Part shown: piece after piece, positions 21,250 through 31,827 of the stretch
Numbering within the stretch: position 1 is the stretch's first letter
Layout of the letters: each line of letters opens with the position of its first letter
Assembly: GCA_963813715.1 (NCBI GenBank)
Contig: CAWFAK010000009.1
Span: forward strand, 352,001-416,000
Direction: 5' to 3'
Origin: an uncultured Planctomycetaceae bacterium
Lineage (GTDB): Bacteria; Planctomycetota; Planctomycetia; Planctomycetales; Planctomycetaceae
Length of the DNA: 64,000 bases
Program-made: the position numbers and the translations under genes
The notes under the pieces: model-generated
Seen by the model: the letters and a program-made list of their open reading frames with translations, nothing else
Told to the model about the DNA's origin: nothing
The model's database searches: none

Positions 21250-22758
21250 TCACCAGGCGAGTTCGCCACCGACAAAGGGACCTTGCAGGGTGAGCGTGCC
21301 GTTGTCGGCAATAAAGTTTCGCGCGTTCTGCATGGTGGGGTTGGTGTCGAGCTGATCGGGGGCCAGTGCGAGGCCGTCGATGAACAGAAACGTGTAGCCG
21401 CCGCGGATGGTCAGGTGATCGGTGGCCAGATACGAGAGCGTGAACGTCAGATCCCAGGCGCTGGCGAACTGCACTTGGCGATCCGAGCGTTGGTCGTAGG
21501 TGTCGCCGCTGTTGAAGAGCAAGTTCTTTTGCTCGGCGAAGTTGGCGTAGATCCCGCCGCGGCAATCGATTCCCAGATAGAGCTTCGGGAACCACAGGTC
21601 ATGCGTGTACTCGGTGCCGAGCTGGAAGCCGACGAGGTTGTTGTTGGTCCAAGTGCGATAAAACCCGTTGCCATTGGGATCGGTGTTGGTGGAATTGTCG
21701 AAAGCCGCGAGCTGGAACAGATCGCCGACGTTCATGTAGCGGAAGCCCGCCAGCACGGAGGTCGTGCCCCAGATGGCGTGGCGCACGCCCAATTCGAAGC
21801 TGTTGAATTGCGACTCGTACGAGGCGATCTGCACGTTGGAACCCGTGAAAGCGGCCGTGTCGAACGCCCCGAAGCCAGGTCCCCAGTAAGGCAACAGGGG
21901 TCCGAGCCCGTTGGCACCGGTGGGAAAATTGGGCGTGCCGTTGCGGCGATCCCAATCGACGGCCCCGTAATAGGTCGCTTCGATCATCGTGGTATCGGTG
22001 ATGTACCGCCCCAAGGTGACCCGGGCGCCCGGTTCGAGCGGGTACGTCACGGTATCGGTGCTTAAGAGAAAGCGAGCGTTCAGCGGGTCTTTTGCGTTAT
22101 TGAGGTTCTCGTACGCCGTCAGATTGTGATCGTCCGGACGGCTGCGAGTCAGCCAGACCGAATCGCCCCGCAAATACCAGCTCGGACGCGGTGGCGCGCA
22201 GCTGGCGGCGAGTCCGCCCGGAGCGCCGCCACTGTAGGGATCGCATCCGGGCCCCGGGACACCGGCACCGTAGGGTCCGGGACCGTATGGACCGGCGACC
22301 CCTGCGTCGGGGCCGCAGCCATATCCGGTCTGTGGGCCGGCCATCATCGGCTGGGGAATGTTTGCGTTGGGCCAGTTGGGATTGAGCGCGGGAGGACCGC
22401 CCGGCGTGGGGGCGGTCAGCATTTGCTGGGGATTGGCAGGCGAAGCGTTCGGGGCCGGTGCCATGCCGGCCGTCAGTTGCAGTTGATACCCCGTCATGGC
22501 GGGCTGAAGCCCGTTCATGTCGGTCGGAAGACCCGCCGGGCTGCCGTAAGATTGCCCGGGAACAACCTGAGGTTGCTCCGGACCGCCCGCATAAACGACG
22601 CCGGATTCGTTGGGCTGACCGGCAAAATCCGCCATTTGCGCCGGCGAGAAACCCAGATCATTAGCCGAGTTTTCCTGCGGCGCTATCTGCTGGGCCAGGG
22701 CGACCGGAGTGGCGCCGGCCAGGAGGGACAGGCCGAGGACGAGGGGCCTCAGATTCAT
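21250..22758 (-). CDS. Planctomycete outer-membrane beta-barrel (BBP7-like)
   Basis: Signal peptide, Pro/Gly-rich N-terminus, amphipathic strands (LAGFRYM, NNLVGFQLG, GLALAPDQ), C-terminal ...GGELAW. Confidence 0.75.
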   Translation of the reverse strand: MNLRPLVLGLSLLAGATPVALAQQIAPQENSANDLGFSPAQMADFAGQPNESGVVYAGGPEQPQVVPGQSYGSPAGLPTDMNGLQPAMTGYQLQLTAGMAPAPNASPANPQQMLTAPTPGGPPALNPNWPNANIPQPMMAGPQTGYGCGPDAGVAGPYGPGPYGAGVPGPGCDPYSGGAPGGLAASCAPPRPSWYLRGDSVWLTRSRPDDHNLTAYENLNNAKDPLNARFLLSTDTVTYPLEPGARVTLGRYITDTTMIEATYYGAVDWDRRNGTPNFPTGANGLGPLLPYWGPGFGAFDTAAFTGSNVQIASYESQFNSFELGVRHAIWGTTSVLAGFRYMNVGDLFQLAAFDNSTNTDPNGNGFYRTWTNNNLVGFQLGTEYTHDLWFPKLYLGIDCRGGIYANFAEQKNLLFNSGDTYDQRSDRQVQFASAWDLTFTLSYLATDHLTIRGGYTFLFIDGLALAPDQLDTNPTMQNARNFIADNGTLTLQGPFVGGELAW

Positions 22759-22934
22759 GGAATCTCCGCGGCATTCATCAGCCCCCCGCAGATGCCTGAA
22801 GCGCAATCGATACAACGCGCAGAGTCCGCGCGTTTGTCGCCATCGATACTATCGACAAAGTCGACCCGCGAATTTGAGCGAACTTTGCGGGCGAATTGTG
22901 AAGAGCCGGTCAGCAAACGCCCGGTTGAGCGACT

Positions 22935-23591
22935 TTAGGGCGTTCGCAGAAGCTGGGCGGCCCGGCGGACATAGAGCACGCCGCTGCCGAGGGTAAAGAG
23001 CACGGCCAGCCACAGCAGCACATCACGAAGCATCCCAAACCAGGGCATGGTCGACGTGACGGCCGGGCTGAGCGCCAACAGGCACGCGCCGACGGCGAGG
23101 CACTGGACCACCATTTTGATCTTGCCGCTCATCGTCGCGGAAAAGTCCTTGCCCTGCTGCTCGAGAATTGCCCGCAGGCCGGTGATGAACATTTCGCGGC
23201 CGATGATGATCAACGTCATCCACGGGCCGACGCCCGAGGAGGCAATGGGCAACAGAAAGATGAACGCCCCGCAGATGATGATTTTGTCGACGAACGGATC
23301 GAGAATGCGTCCAAGCGTCGTCACTGTGCCGTAGCGCCGGGCAATGTACCCGTCGACCGCATCCGTGGCCGCCGCCACGATAAACACGGCGGTCGACGCC
23401 AGCCACATGCCGCCGTAAGAAATCATCCCGAATAAGACGAAGGCCAGGACGAGCCGGCTGACGGTGATGCAATTGGGAAGATTGAGAGCCCGGGCATCGA
23501 TCGGGCCGTAGCGATTGTCACGGGCGACCGGTTTGTCGACGGTATTGTTCGTGGCGGTGTTGTTTGTGACGGTGTTGTTCGTGGTCGTCAT
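22935..23591 (-). CDS. pgsA: CDP-diacylglycerol--glycerol-3-phosphate 3-phosphatidyltransferase
   Basis: NLPNCITVSR, TDAVDGYIARR..TTLGRILDPFVDK, GKIKM. Confidence 0.93.
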   Translation of the reverse strand: MTTTNNTVTNNTATNNTVDKPVARDNRYGPIDARALNLPNCITVSRLVLAFVLFGMISYGGMWLASTAVFIVAAATDAVDGYIARRYGTVTTLGRILDPFVDKIIICGAFIFLLPIASSGVGPWMTLIIIGREMFITGLRAILEQQGKDFSATMSGKIKMVVQCLAVGACLLALSPAVTSTMPWFGMLRDVLLWLAVLFTLGSGVLYVRRAAQLLRTP

Positions 23592-23750
23592 GAAAGCGAG
23601 CCGCGTGCCTCTTCGACCTCGGGCGTCAGTTCCTGACTGCTTCAGTCTGCCGGGAAAGGCGGGAGTTGACCACCCCAACCGGATCCACGTTCAAAACGGG
23701 CGATTCATGAGCCGAAACCCAAACCCGATCGGCTTCTTGCTCCCACTTAA

Positions 23751-25157
23751 TTATTGCACGATCCCGGTCAAGTCGTAGCCCTCTCGACCAGTAATTACGA
23801 CAGGCACGAATTGTCCCGCGGACGCCACGTCCTCCGCCGCCGTCTCAGCTCGTTGAACGCGGACACAGCCATCGATTTCCGGCGCGTCGGCAAATGTGCG
23901 GCCGACGAATCCTCCGTCCTCGGACTCTTCGTCGATCAGCACGTCCAGTTCGTATCCAATCAACGACTCGGCGTGCTCGAACGCGATCGGCTGCTGCAGG
24001 GCCATCAGCGCCTCGCGACGCTCGGTTTTTACCGTTTCGGGCACATGTCCGTCGAGCTTGACTGCCGGCGTGCCCGGCTCCAGCGAATACGTGAAGACGC
24101 CCAACCGTTCGAACCGGGCCTCGGTCAAGAAGTCGGCCAGCTCGGCAAACTGCCCGTCAGTCTCGCCCGGGAACCCGACGATGAACGTGGTGCGGATCAC
24201 GACGTTGGCAATCCGCTCCCGCAATTTCTCCAACAGCTCGACCGTCTGAGCGCGGTTGACGCGGCGCTGCATCCGCCTGAGCACGGCATCGTTGATGTGC
24301 TGCAGCGGCAGATCCAGATAGGGGATGATCTTCGAAGAATTGGCGATGGTGTCGATCAATTCATCGGTGAAATGGATCGGGTAGAGATACAACAACCGGA
24401 TCCAATCGATGCCGTCGATCTTCTCCAGCTCGCGCAACAGCTCAACCAGGCGAACCCGACCGTAGAGATCGAGGCCGTAATAGGTCGTATCCTGCGCGAC
24501 GATGTTCAATTCGCGAACGCCGTCCGCCGCCAGCTCGCGGGCCTCGGCGACGACCATCTCGATCGGCTTGGTAATGTGCTTGCCACGCATCTTGGGAATC
24601 GCGCAGAAGGTGCAGGTGCGGTCGCAACCTTCCGAGATTTTGAGATAGGCGTAATGCCGCGGCGTGATCCGCAGCCGGGAGCGATCGTCGAGCGCGACAA
24701 TCGGGGCCGGCCGGAACAACTCGCGCTGCTCGCGTGCTCCGCCAATCAAGTGGTCGGCCACGCGGTTGATTTCGTCGCGGCCGAAGACGCCGACGATGTG
24801 GTCGATTTCCGGCAATTCGTCCAGCAGGGCCGGACCGAGCCGTTGGGGCAAACACCCGGCAACGATCACGCCCCGCGTGCGGCCCGCCCGCTTGAGGTCG
24901 AGCATCTCCCGGATCACGGCTTTCGACTCGGCCCGCGAGCTTTCGATGAAGCCGCAGGTGTTCACGATGACGAAATCCGCCCCGTCCGGGTCGCTCACCA
25001 GCGTGTAGCCGTCGAGAGCCAACACTCCCAGCATTTTCTCGCTATCGACCAGGTTCTTGGGACAGCCCAGGCTGACGAAGGCATAACTCCCCTTGGAGGC
25101 ACCGTCGCCAGCGGCCGTCTCGGCAGTACGTTCGGTCGAAATGATGGGCAATTGCAT
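23751..25157 (-). CDS. rimO: Ribosomal protein S12 methylthiotransferase
   Basis: SLGCPKNLVDSE, NTCGFI, AYLKISEGCDRTCTFCAIP, DAPEIDG TRAM end. Confidence 0.96.
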   Translation of the reverse strand: MQLPIISTERTAETAAGDGASKGSYAFVSLGCPKNLVDSEKMLGVLALDGYTLVSDPDGADFVIVNTCGFIESSRAESKAVIREMLDLKRAGRTRGVIVAGCLPQRLGPALLDELPEIDHIVGVFGRDEINRVADHLIGGAREQRELFRPAPIVALDDRSRLRITPRHYAYLKISEGCDRTCTFCAIPKMRGKHITKPIEMVVAEARELAADGVRELNIVAQDTTYYGLDLYGRVRLVELLRELEKIDGIDWIRLLYLYPIHFTDELIDTIANSSKIIPYLDLPLQHINDAVLRRMQRRVNRAQTVELLEKLRERIANVVIRTTFIVGFPGETDGQFAELADFLTEARFERLGVFTYSLEPGTPAVKLDGHVPETVKTERREALMALQQPIAFEHAESLIGYELDVLIDEESEDGGFVGRTFADAPEIDGCVRVQRAETAAEDVASAGQFVPVVITGREGYDLTGIVQ

Positions 25158-25369
25158 GTCGATGTCGGCGATTCAAAAAACACGGTCGCGATAGGTTTCC
25201 AAGGATCTTATCGGACTCGGCAAGGCCGGCATAGGCTGCCGCGCACAGGGCCGCTCGCCCCAAAGCGAGCAGCCGCAACCGGTTTGCCCCGGCCAGCCGT
25301 CCTCGGCTCAAATTGGAGTTCCAGCAAGTCCGGCGTTGTGGCGACCGGTTTTCCGCTCGGCTAGATTAA

Positions 25370-26810
25370 ATGAACCAACGTCTACCGTCTGAAGGATTTT
25401 CCCATCTACTGCCCCGCGTGCAACGAACGCTTCATGCAGGCCCGCGACACCGAGTGTTGTCCCCGGTGCGGGGCCACGGTGGTGGGCATTGGGACGTCGA
25501 ACCTCGCGAGAACGCTGTTTGTGCGGGAGGCTCCGATCGGGGCCGCCCAAGCCGGCTGCGTCGACGACATTGAGGAGCAAAAGGACGAGCTGCTGGGGAC
25601 GCAACTGCACGTCTATCGCTGCGAAGCCCTGCTGGGTCGGGGAGCGATGGGACGTGTCTACCTGGCCCATCACCAGGACTTGGGACGCAATTGTGCGCTC
25701 AAGGTCCTCTCGAAGCGCGTGTGGCAGACCGACCTTGAGTATGGCAAACGGTTCGTCAGCGAGGGGCGGACCGCTGCGGCCCTCGTGCATCCGAATATCG
25801 TCACGACCCACGCGATCGGCGAAGCCCGCGGTTATCGCTTCCTGGAAATGGAATTCGTCCCCGGTCGCAGCCTGCAGGAGTTGATCGAGCACGAGCAGCG
25901 GCTCGTCCCCTCCCACGCAATGTCGCTGATTTTGCGGATTGCCGAGGGGTTGGCCGCCGCCCATCGCAAGGGGATCATTCATCGGGATCTTAAGCCGGAC
26001 AACGTCCTCGTCTCCGTGCAGTCGGTGCCGAAAATCGCCGACTTTGGACTGGCCAAACGGGTCTGGTCCGAACGGGACGAGGGCGAACTCCTGGTAGGCA
26101 CGCCCCACTACATGGCGCCGGAGCTGTTTAACGGCGAGCCGGCGACCGCAGCCAGCGACGTCTACGCCTTGGGCGCCTGCCTGTTCGTCATGCTCACGGG
26201 GCAGGTTCCGTATCCGTGCGGATCGATCCAGGCGTTGGCGGAGCGAGTGCAGGACGAATCCCTGCCTGACTTTCGGCAGCTGGGCGTCGAGGTGCCGCTG
26301 GAGATTGCCGACTGCATCGACCAGCTGATGTCCAAAACACCCGCCAATCGGCCCAGCGACGCCGGCGGAGCTCTGCAGCTTTTGACGGCCGTGGCCGGGG
26401 ACGTTCCGGACGTCGAGAGTTTGTTGGCCACCGCCTTTGGCAGCCAGCCGAACGTCACGTGGTCCCGGTGCGGCGAAAAATGCTGCGTCGAAGTTCGCCT
26501 GCCCGAGGGGCGGCGGCAGACCGTGCTTATCGAGCCGAGTGCCCATCCGGTCGCTGACCGGTTGCTGTTACTCTACAGCCAGTGCGGCGACGCGCGTCCG
26601 GAGTATTTCGAGAAGGGGTTGCGACTCAATGGCCTCATGGCACACGGGGGACTCGCCATCCGGGAGATTGCGGGAACTCCCCAATTCGTGATGATCGACA
26701 CTTACCCCCGCGCCACAGTCGACGCGGAAGAGATCCGACGCAGCGTGCTCGAACTGGCGAGCCAGGCGGACGCCGTCGAAAAGCTCTTGAGCGGCGTCGA
26801 CCGCTATTGA
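25370..26810 (+). CDS. Ser/Thr protein kinase with N-terminal Zn-ribbon and C-terminal YbjN/chaperone-like domain
   Basis: GRGAMGRV, ALK, HRDLKPDN, DFG, GTPHYMAPE. The frame extends upstream of ATG 25434 to include CPAC, so the start is probably frameshifted at 25370. Confidence 0.9.
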
Positions 26811-26860
26811 ACGACTCTTGAATCGACTACAAGCTCGAAGGCCGAGCGAAGAGAGGCACG

Positions 26861-28008
26861 ATGCGGTCAGGGCCGAGTCACCCTAAGCGAGGCCGGCGAA
26901 TCTCTGTCACGCTGCTGGTGACGAGCTGCGCCCTGCTCACCCCGCTTGTGCTCTGCGCATCGTTCTGCGGCATGGGAGCGAACTACAAAGGCCAATTGGG
27001 CTTGCTCGAGCCCTACCGCGCCGACGAGCGATGAGGCGATAGCCCTCATCCCGATCGAGTACGCGATTGACGAACACGAGCCAAATGACGTTATCTTCGT
27101 CGGCGACAGCACCTGCCGCAGCGGCCTCGATCCGCGACTCTTCCAGAAGTTATCGGGGCTGACGGCCTACAACTTAGGCAGCTCGGGAAGCCTCAGCATC
27201 TGGGGGCAGTTCGCGACTCTCACAGCCTACCTGGCACACCATCCGGCACCGCGCCGTCGTGCTCTGCATGTCGCCGGTTAATGTGCTGCAGATCCAGCGG
27301 GCACCCGAGGGATCGCCCGGCGCAGCCCCGACGGTGGTCGAAACGACGGCCGGTGCGCTCTATGAGAGATTCCTGAGAATCTACGGAACTCCCAATTTTC
27401 GCCGGGGCATTTTCGCCGACGGGACCAGCTCGCTGCGGTATTTCATCAATCGCGGCATGTCGATCGCCCAAGGCCAGCTGACGGCGTGGGTGAGCGGCCA
27501 AACTCACGATCGTCTGGACGATTCGCTTTATGGTTACGAGTCAGAAACCTACCGCACGCTCAGCGACAAGATGCGACAATCCCACGGCTTTTTCCTGCTG
27601 CCGAGAACTCACGGGGATGCCGTGGGAATTTTGGAGGCACTCTCCGAACCGCATTCCGTAAATTCGTGGATAGACGATGGCGTGCGGGCATTCGCCGGGC
27701 TGGCTCAGAAGCACGGATTTCGCCTGCTCATTCGCCTAGGCCCCCTTTCGCGAGATCAGGCTCCCTGGGACAGCGAGTGCATTCCGGCGTGGCTCAAGCG
27801 ACTCGAAGGGGAGTTTCCGCAAGTCTCGGCCAGCCGTCCGGAAGTCCTGTGGTACGACCGGCAGGTCTGTTGGGACTCCATCCATGTGAACGCCAGCGGC
27901 GTAAAACTGTTCACAGGTGCAACCGCTCGCGACGTAATGAATCTTGTCGGAACCCGACAAGCGAGCCATTCCCGGCAGGAATCTGCAAAACGCACGCAGA
28001 GGCAATAA
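26861..28008 (+). CDS. SGNH/DltD-like hypothetical protein (frameshifted)
   Basis: VIFVGDS, YNLG and DSIH motifs typical of SGNH-fold proteins, split over frames. Confidence 0.55.
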
Positions 28009-28314
28009 TGTCCGCAGCCTTTGCCAAAGCGTTAGCCGTTGGCCAGCCGGACTGACGCCCGGCCTCGCCGCCGAGAGGCCACAAAAGCGGCCGCGATGCC
28101 AAAGAGCAAGGGTCCCCTTTGTCGAAACCCAATGCGTATACTCGGTTTGGGGTGCCCAAACCGTTTGTTGACCGCCGATTTCCGGGGCTGGTATAGTTGA
28201 TTTGGGCCATTCTGAAGCATCGTGCCAGCCCCTCTTGTGGTCCCCGGAAATTCTTTGAGGGCGTACTCTCAGCGAGCCGAACGGATTCCGGCTGAAAGCG
28301 CCACGGAGCCGTTG

Positions 28315-29133
28315 ATGCCGCGCATTTGCCGGAACTTATCGAGCTTGCCACTTTTCGCCGGCCTGCTGGTGGGAGTTGCGTCCCTGGCCCCCGCTCCGGT
28401 CGCCGCTGCGCCCGATAACGGTTACTCGACCGTGATCGAGCCTCAGTTCACCGGCGAAGAACTGCGCTACCAGCAGGATCTGTGGGCGGTGGAAGTCGCC
28501 GTCAAGCCGATGCGCATGGTCTACGTTCAGGTGCGCAACCCGAAGACCGGCGAAAAATCGAGCGAGATGATCTGGTACCTGGTCTACAAGATCGTCAATC
28601 GCCCAGTTGTCCATCTTGGCACACCGGATACCGATCCCGTCAACGTGGAAGATGCGCCGCCGCCGCGGATTTTCTCGCCGAAAGCGACGCTGGTCTACAA
28701 CGACCGCGATTTGCACGGAGCCGTCGTCGATTCGATCGTGCCGGAGGCGATGCAGGCGATTCTTGCCCGCGAAGGTCGCGACTTGAAGACGGCCGTCCAG
28801 ATTGACTTGAAGACGGCCGTCCAGATTACCGGTCCGCTGCCTCCGGTCACGCCGGCCGATGCGAAGAAGGAAAACGCTGAATACGGCGTCCTGATGTTCC
28901 GCGGTGTGAATCCGCGAACCACGACGTTTTCGGTCTATTTGTCCGGCTTCTCGAACGCGTACAAAACCGGCAAGGCCGAATCTGGTCAGACGCCCATTCT
29001 GCGGCGAACGATCGTGATTCCCTATCGGCGCCCCGCGGACGAATACGATCAGTTCGAGAAAGAGATCCACCAGGTGGGCTCGCCGAAATGGCTCTACGTG
29101 CCGGATGAAGCCGCCGCGAAGAGCGCGAGTTAG
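28315..29133 (+). CDS. Conserved hypothetical exported protein
   Basis: Signal peptide; WYLVYKIVN and FSVYLSGFSNAY motifs. Confidence 0.75.
   Translation: MPRICRNLSSLPLFAGLLVGVASLAPAPVAAAPDNGYSTVIEPQFTGEELRYQQDLWAVEVAVKPMRMVYVQVRNPKTGEKSSEMIWYLVYKIVNRPVVHLGTPDTDPVNVEDAPPPRIFSPKATLVYNDRDLHGAVVDSIVPEAMQAILAREGRDLKTAVQIDLKTAVQITGPLPPVTPADAKKENAEYGVLMFRGVNPRTTTFSVYLSGFSNAYKTGKAESGQTPILRRTIVIPYRRPADEYDQFEKEIHQVGSPKWLYVPDEAAAKSAS
28780..28827 (+). repeat. Perfect 24-bp tandem duplication (DLKTAVQI x2)
   Basis: GACTTGAAGACGGCCGTCCAGATT twice. Confidence 0.95.
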
Positions 29134-29211
29134 GGCAGACACGGAAGAACGGCTTTTCCAGGCCAGCGGCACTCTCCAGAACGCCGCCCATTTGGCTCCC
29201 GAGACGCGCCT

Positions 29212-29991
29212 TTGTCTCCTGAGACGAAAGTGACGTTCGGCGATCTCTCCGGTCGCAAAGCCGTGGTCACTGGCTCCTCCAGCGGGATTGGCCGCGCCAT
29301 CGCGCTCGAATTCGCCCGCGCCGGCGCCGAAGTTGTCATTCACGCTCGTCGATCCGCGGCAGCCGCCGAAAAGGTCGCGGAGGAAATCCGCGCGCTCGGA
29401 CGCCCGGCAACGGTGATCCTGGCCGACCTGGCAACAGTCGACGCCCTGCCCGGTTTCGTCGAGGAATGCTGGCAGAGCTTGAGATCGGTCGACGTCTGGG
29501 TCAACAATGCGGGGGCCGACCTGCTCACTGGGGCGGAGGCCCGGCTGGGATTCGAAGAAAAACTCCAGGTTCTGTTCGACGTCGACGTCCGTAGCACGCT
29601 GGTGCTCTCGAGGCTGGCTGGGAAGCGGATGTCCCAAGAAGCCGGCGGCGTGGTCCTCAACGTCGGCTGGGATCAGGCCGACCGCGGCATGGAAGGACCC
29701 AGTGGCGAGCTTTTTGCAGCGTCGAAGAACGCGGTCATGGGGTTTACGCGTTCTCTGGCCGTCAGCCTGGCGCCCAAGGTTCGCGTCAACTGCATTGCAC
29801 CGGGATGGATCCGCACGGCATGGGGCGAAACGGCCAGCGCCGTTTGGCAAGAACGAGTCCGCCGGGAGACGCCGCTCGAACGTTGGGGAACGCCGGAAGA
29901 TGTCGCCAAAGTGGCCCGATTTCTGGCCAGCTCCGACGCAGACTACCTTACTGGGCAAGTGATCCGCGTCAACGGCGGAGCCGTCCGCTGA
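29212..29991 (+). CDS. Atypical SDR oxidoreductase
   Basis: TGSSSGIG, NNAG, RVNCIAPG; catalytic position reads FAASK. Confidence 0.88.
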   Translation: MSPETKVTFGDLSGRKAVVTGSSSGIGRAIALEFARAGAEVVIHARRSAAAAEKVAEEIRALGRPATVILADLATVDALPGFVEECWQSLRSVDVWVNNAGADLLTGAEARLGFEEKLQVLFDVDVRSTLVLSRLAGKRMSQEAGGVVLNVGWDQADRGMEGPSGELFAASKNAVMGFTRSLAVSLAPKVRVNCIAPGWIRTAWGETASAVWQERVRRETPLERWGTPEDVAKVARFLASSDADYLTGQVIRVNGGAVR

Positions 29992-30037
29992 TTCGCAGAC
30001 CTCTGCTTCAACTCGGCTTCCACAGGGAGAAACAATC

Positions 30038-30383
30038 ATGTCCGAGTATCAGCCGCTGTCCGACGACGAAGTGAAAAAGGAATTGGAGACGCTGCCGCAC
30101 TGGGAAGTCCGCGACGGCTGGCTGCGACGCGAATACAAGAACGCCCGGATTTCCCCACTCGCTGCTCTTGGCCAATACCGTCGGCTATCTGGCCGAGGCG
30201 GCCTGGCACCATCCCGACCTGTCGGTCGGCTACGCGCAGGTCATCGTCAAATTGCGGACGCACAAGGCAAACGCCCTCACTCGGCACGATGTGGCCCTCG
30301 CCCGTAAAATCGAGGAAGTGATTTCGTGGAAACCGGGCGAAGGATCGCCGCTCGGGGGCTTCCCCAAAAACTGGGTGCACTGA
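30038..30383 (+). CDS. Pterin-4-alpha-carbinolamine dehydratase (frameshift near 30140)
   Basis: LPHWEV..LRREYK then LAEAAWHHPDL, LRTH, DVALARKIE. Confidence 0.88.
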
Positions 30384-30384
30384 A

Positions 30385-31827
30385 TTGAGCGCGTCCGGCT
30401 CGGGCGGTTCGAGCATTCGTCGGCAGGCGACGTCGCGGGAACAAATCGTTTTCGTGACGGGCAAACTCGCCGAATTCTCATTGCGGCGAGTCGTCGAGCG
30501 GCTGAGCGAGCAGATCGGATTCGATTTCCAGGTCGTCGTCCTGCCGATCAGCGTGGCGGCGCTCATGCAGGTGGACTGGGTCGCCCGGAAGTTAACGCTC
30601 GGGGAACGGGCCGATCGCGTGATTCTGCCCGGTTGGTGTCAGGGAGATCTCGGCACCCTCGTCGATCACTTCGCCGTTCCATTCGAGCGAGGACCGAAAG
30701 ACTTGCACAACCTGCCGGACTATTTCGGTCAATTGGCGTCGGCGCCCGATCTGAGCCGCTACGACATCGAGATCCTGGCGGAGATCAATCACGCGCCGCG
30801 ACTGGCTGACGCCGAGATTCTGCGCCTGGCGCGCGCGATGACGGCTGACGGGGCCGACGTGATCGATCTCGGCTGCGTGCCCGGCGAAAGCTGGGCACGA
30901 GCCGGTGAGGTCACCCGAGAGCTTCGCAACGAAGGTTGCCGCGTCTCCATCGACAGCTTCGAGCGACGCGAAGTCGAAGCCGCCGTCGCAGCGGGCGCCG
31001 AACTGGTCCTCAGCTGCAACAGCACCAACGTCGATTGGGTCGGCGGCCTGGGAGCGGAAGTCGTGGCCATTCCCGATGAGCCGAACGACCTCGATTCGCT
31101 CGAGCCGACCATCCAGCAGCTGACGGCGCGTGGCACACGTTTCCGCATCGATCCGATTCTCGAACCGATCGGCCATGGCTTCGCCCGGTCGCTGGAACGG
31201 TTTTTCATCGCGCGGCGGCGTTGGCCCCAGCTCGACATTCTGATGGGAGTCGGCAATCTCACCGAACTGACCGAGGTCGATTCGGCGGGGATCAACACGC
31301 TCCTCGCTGGCGTGTGCCAGGAGCTGCGAATCAAGAGCGTGCTCACCACGCAGGTGATCAATTGGGCCCGCTCGAGCGTCCGCGAGCTCGATCTGGCCCG
31401 GCGTCTGATGAGCCATGCCGTCTCGCAATCGGTCTTGCCGAAGCACGTCGATCCGCGGCTCGTCATGCTCCGCGATCCGAAGCTGGTCGAGATGACGGCC
31501 GATGAACTGGAACAAATCGCCGGTCGGATCACCGATCCGAATTACCGCGTCGTCGTGCAGGACGACAAAATCCATCTCTTCAATCGCGACGGCCACTGGT
31601 CGGGCTGCGATCCGTTCGAGTTGATCCGGCAGGCGTCCGCCGCATCCACCGCCAAAAGGCCCCTCGATCCGCTGCACACGTTCTACCTCGGCTACGAGCT
31701 GTGCAAGGCGGCCACGGCGCTCGCGCTGCACAAACAATACACGCAGGATGAGCCCTTGCAGTGGGGGTTTTTGACGGTGCCGGAGCGGAGTCACGTCGCG
31801 CGACACGGTCCGGATGCGTCGCCATGA
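30385..31827 (+). CDS. Dihydropteroate synthase-like protein (H4MPT biosynthesis Orf20/DUF6513 type)
   Basis: FVTGKLAE, VAALM, GADVIDLGC, SIDSF, DPILEP, MGVGNLTELTEVDSAG, HTFYLGYEL, YTQDEPL. Confidence 0.85.
   Translation: MSASGSGGSSIRRQATSREQIVFVTGKLAEFSLRRVVERLSEQIGFDFQVVVLPISVAALMQVDWVARKLTLGERADRVILPGWCQGDLGTLVDHFAVPFERGPKDLHNLPDYFGQLASAPDLSRYDIEILAEINHAPRLADAEILRLARAMTADGADVIDLGCVPGESWARAGEVTRELRNEGCRVSIDSFERREVEAAVAAGAELVLSCNSTNVDWVGGLGAEVVAIPDEPNDLDSLEPTIQQLTARGTRFRIDPILEPIGHGFARSLERFFIARRRWPQLDILMGVGNLTELTEVDSAGINTLLAGVCQELRIKSVLTTQVINWARSSVRELDLARRLMSHAVSQSVLPKHVDPRLVMLRDPKLVEMTADELEQIAGRITDPNYRVVVQDDKIHLFNRDGHWSGCDPFELIRQASAASTAKRPLDPLHTFYLGYELCKAATALALHKQYTQDEPLQWGFLTVPERSHVARHGPDASP

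Noticed and set aside
23540..23588. 15-bp triple repeat (TNNTV/TNNTA/TNNTV) at the pgsA N-terminus
   Set aside because: Low-complexity extension with no evident function.
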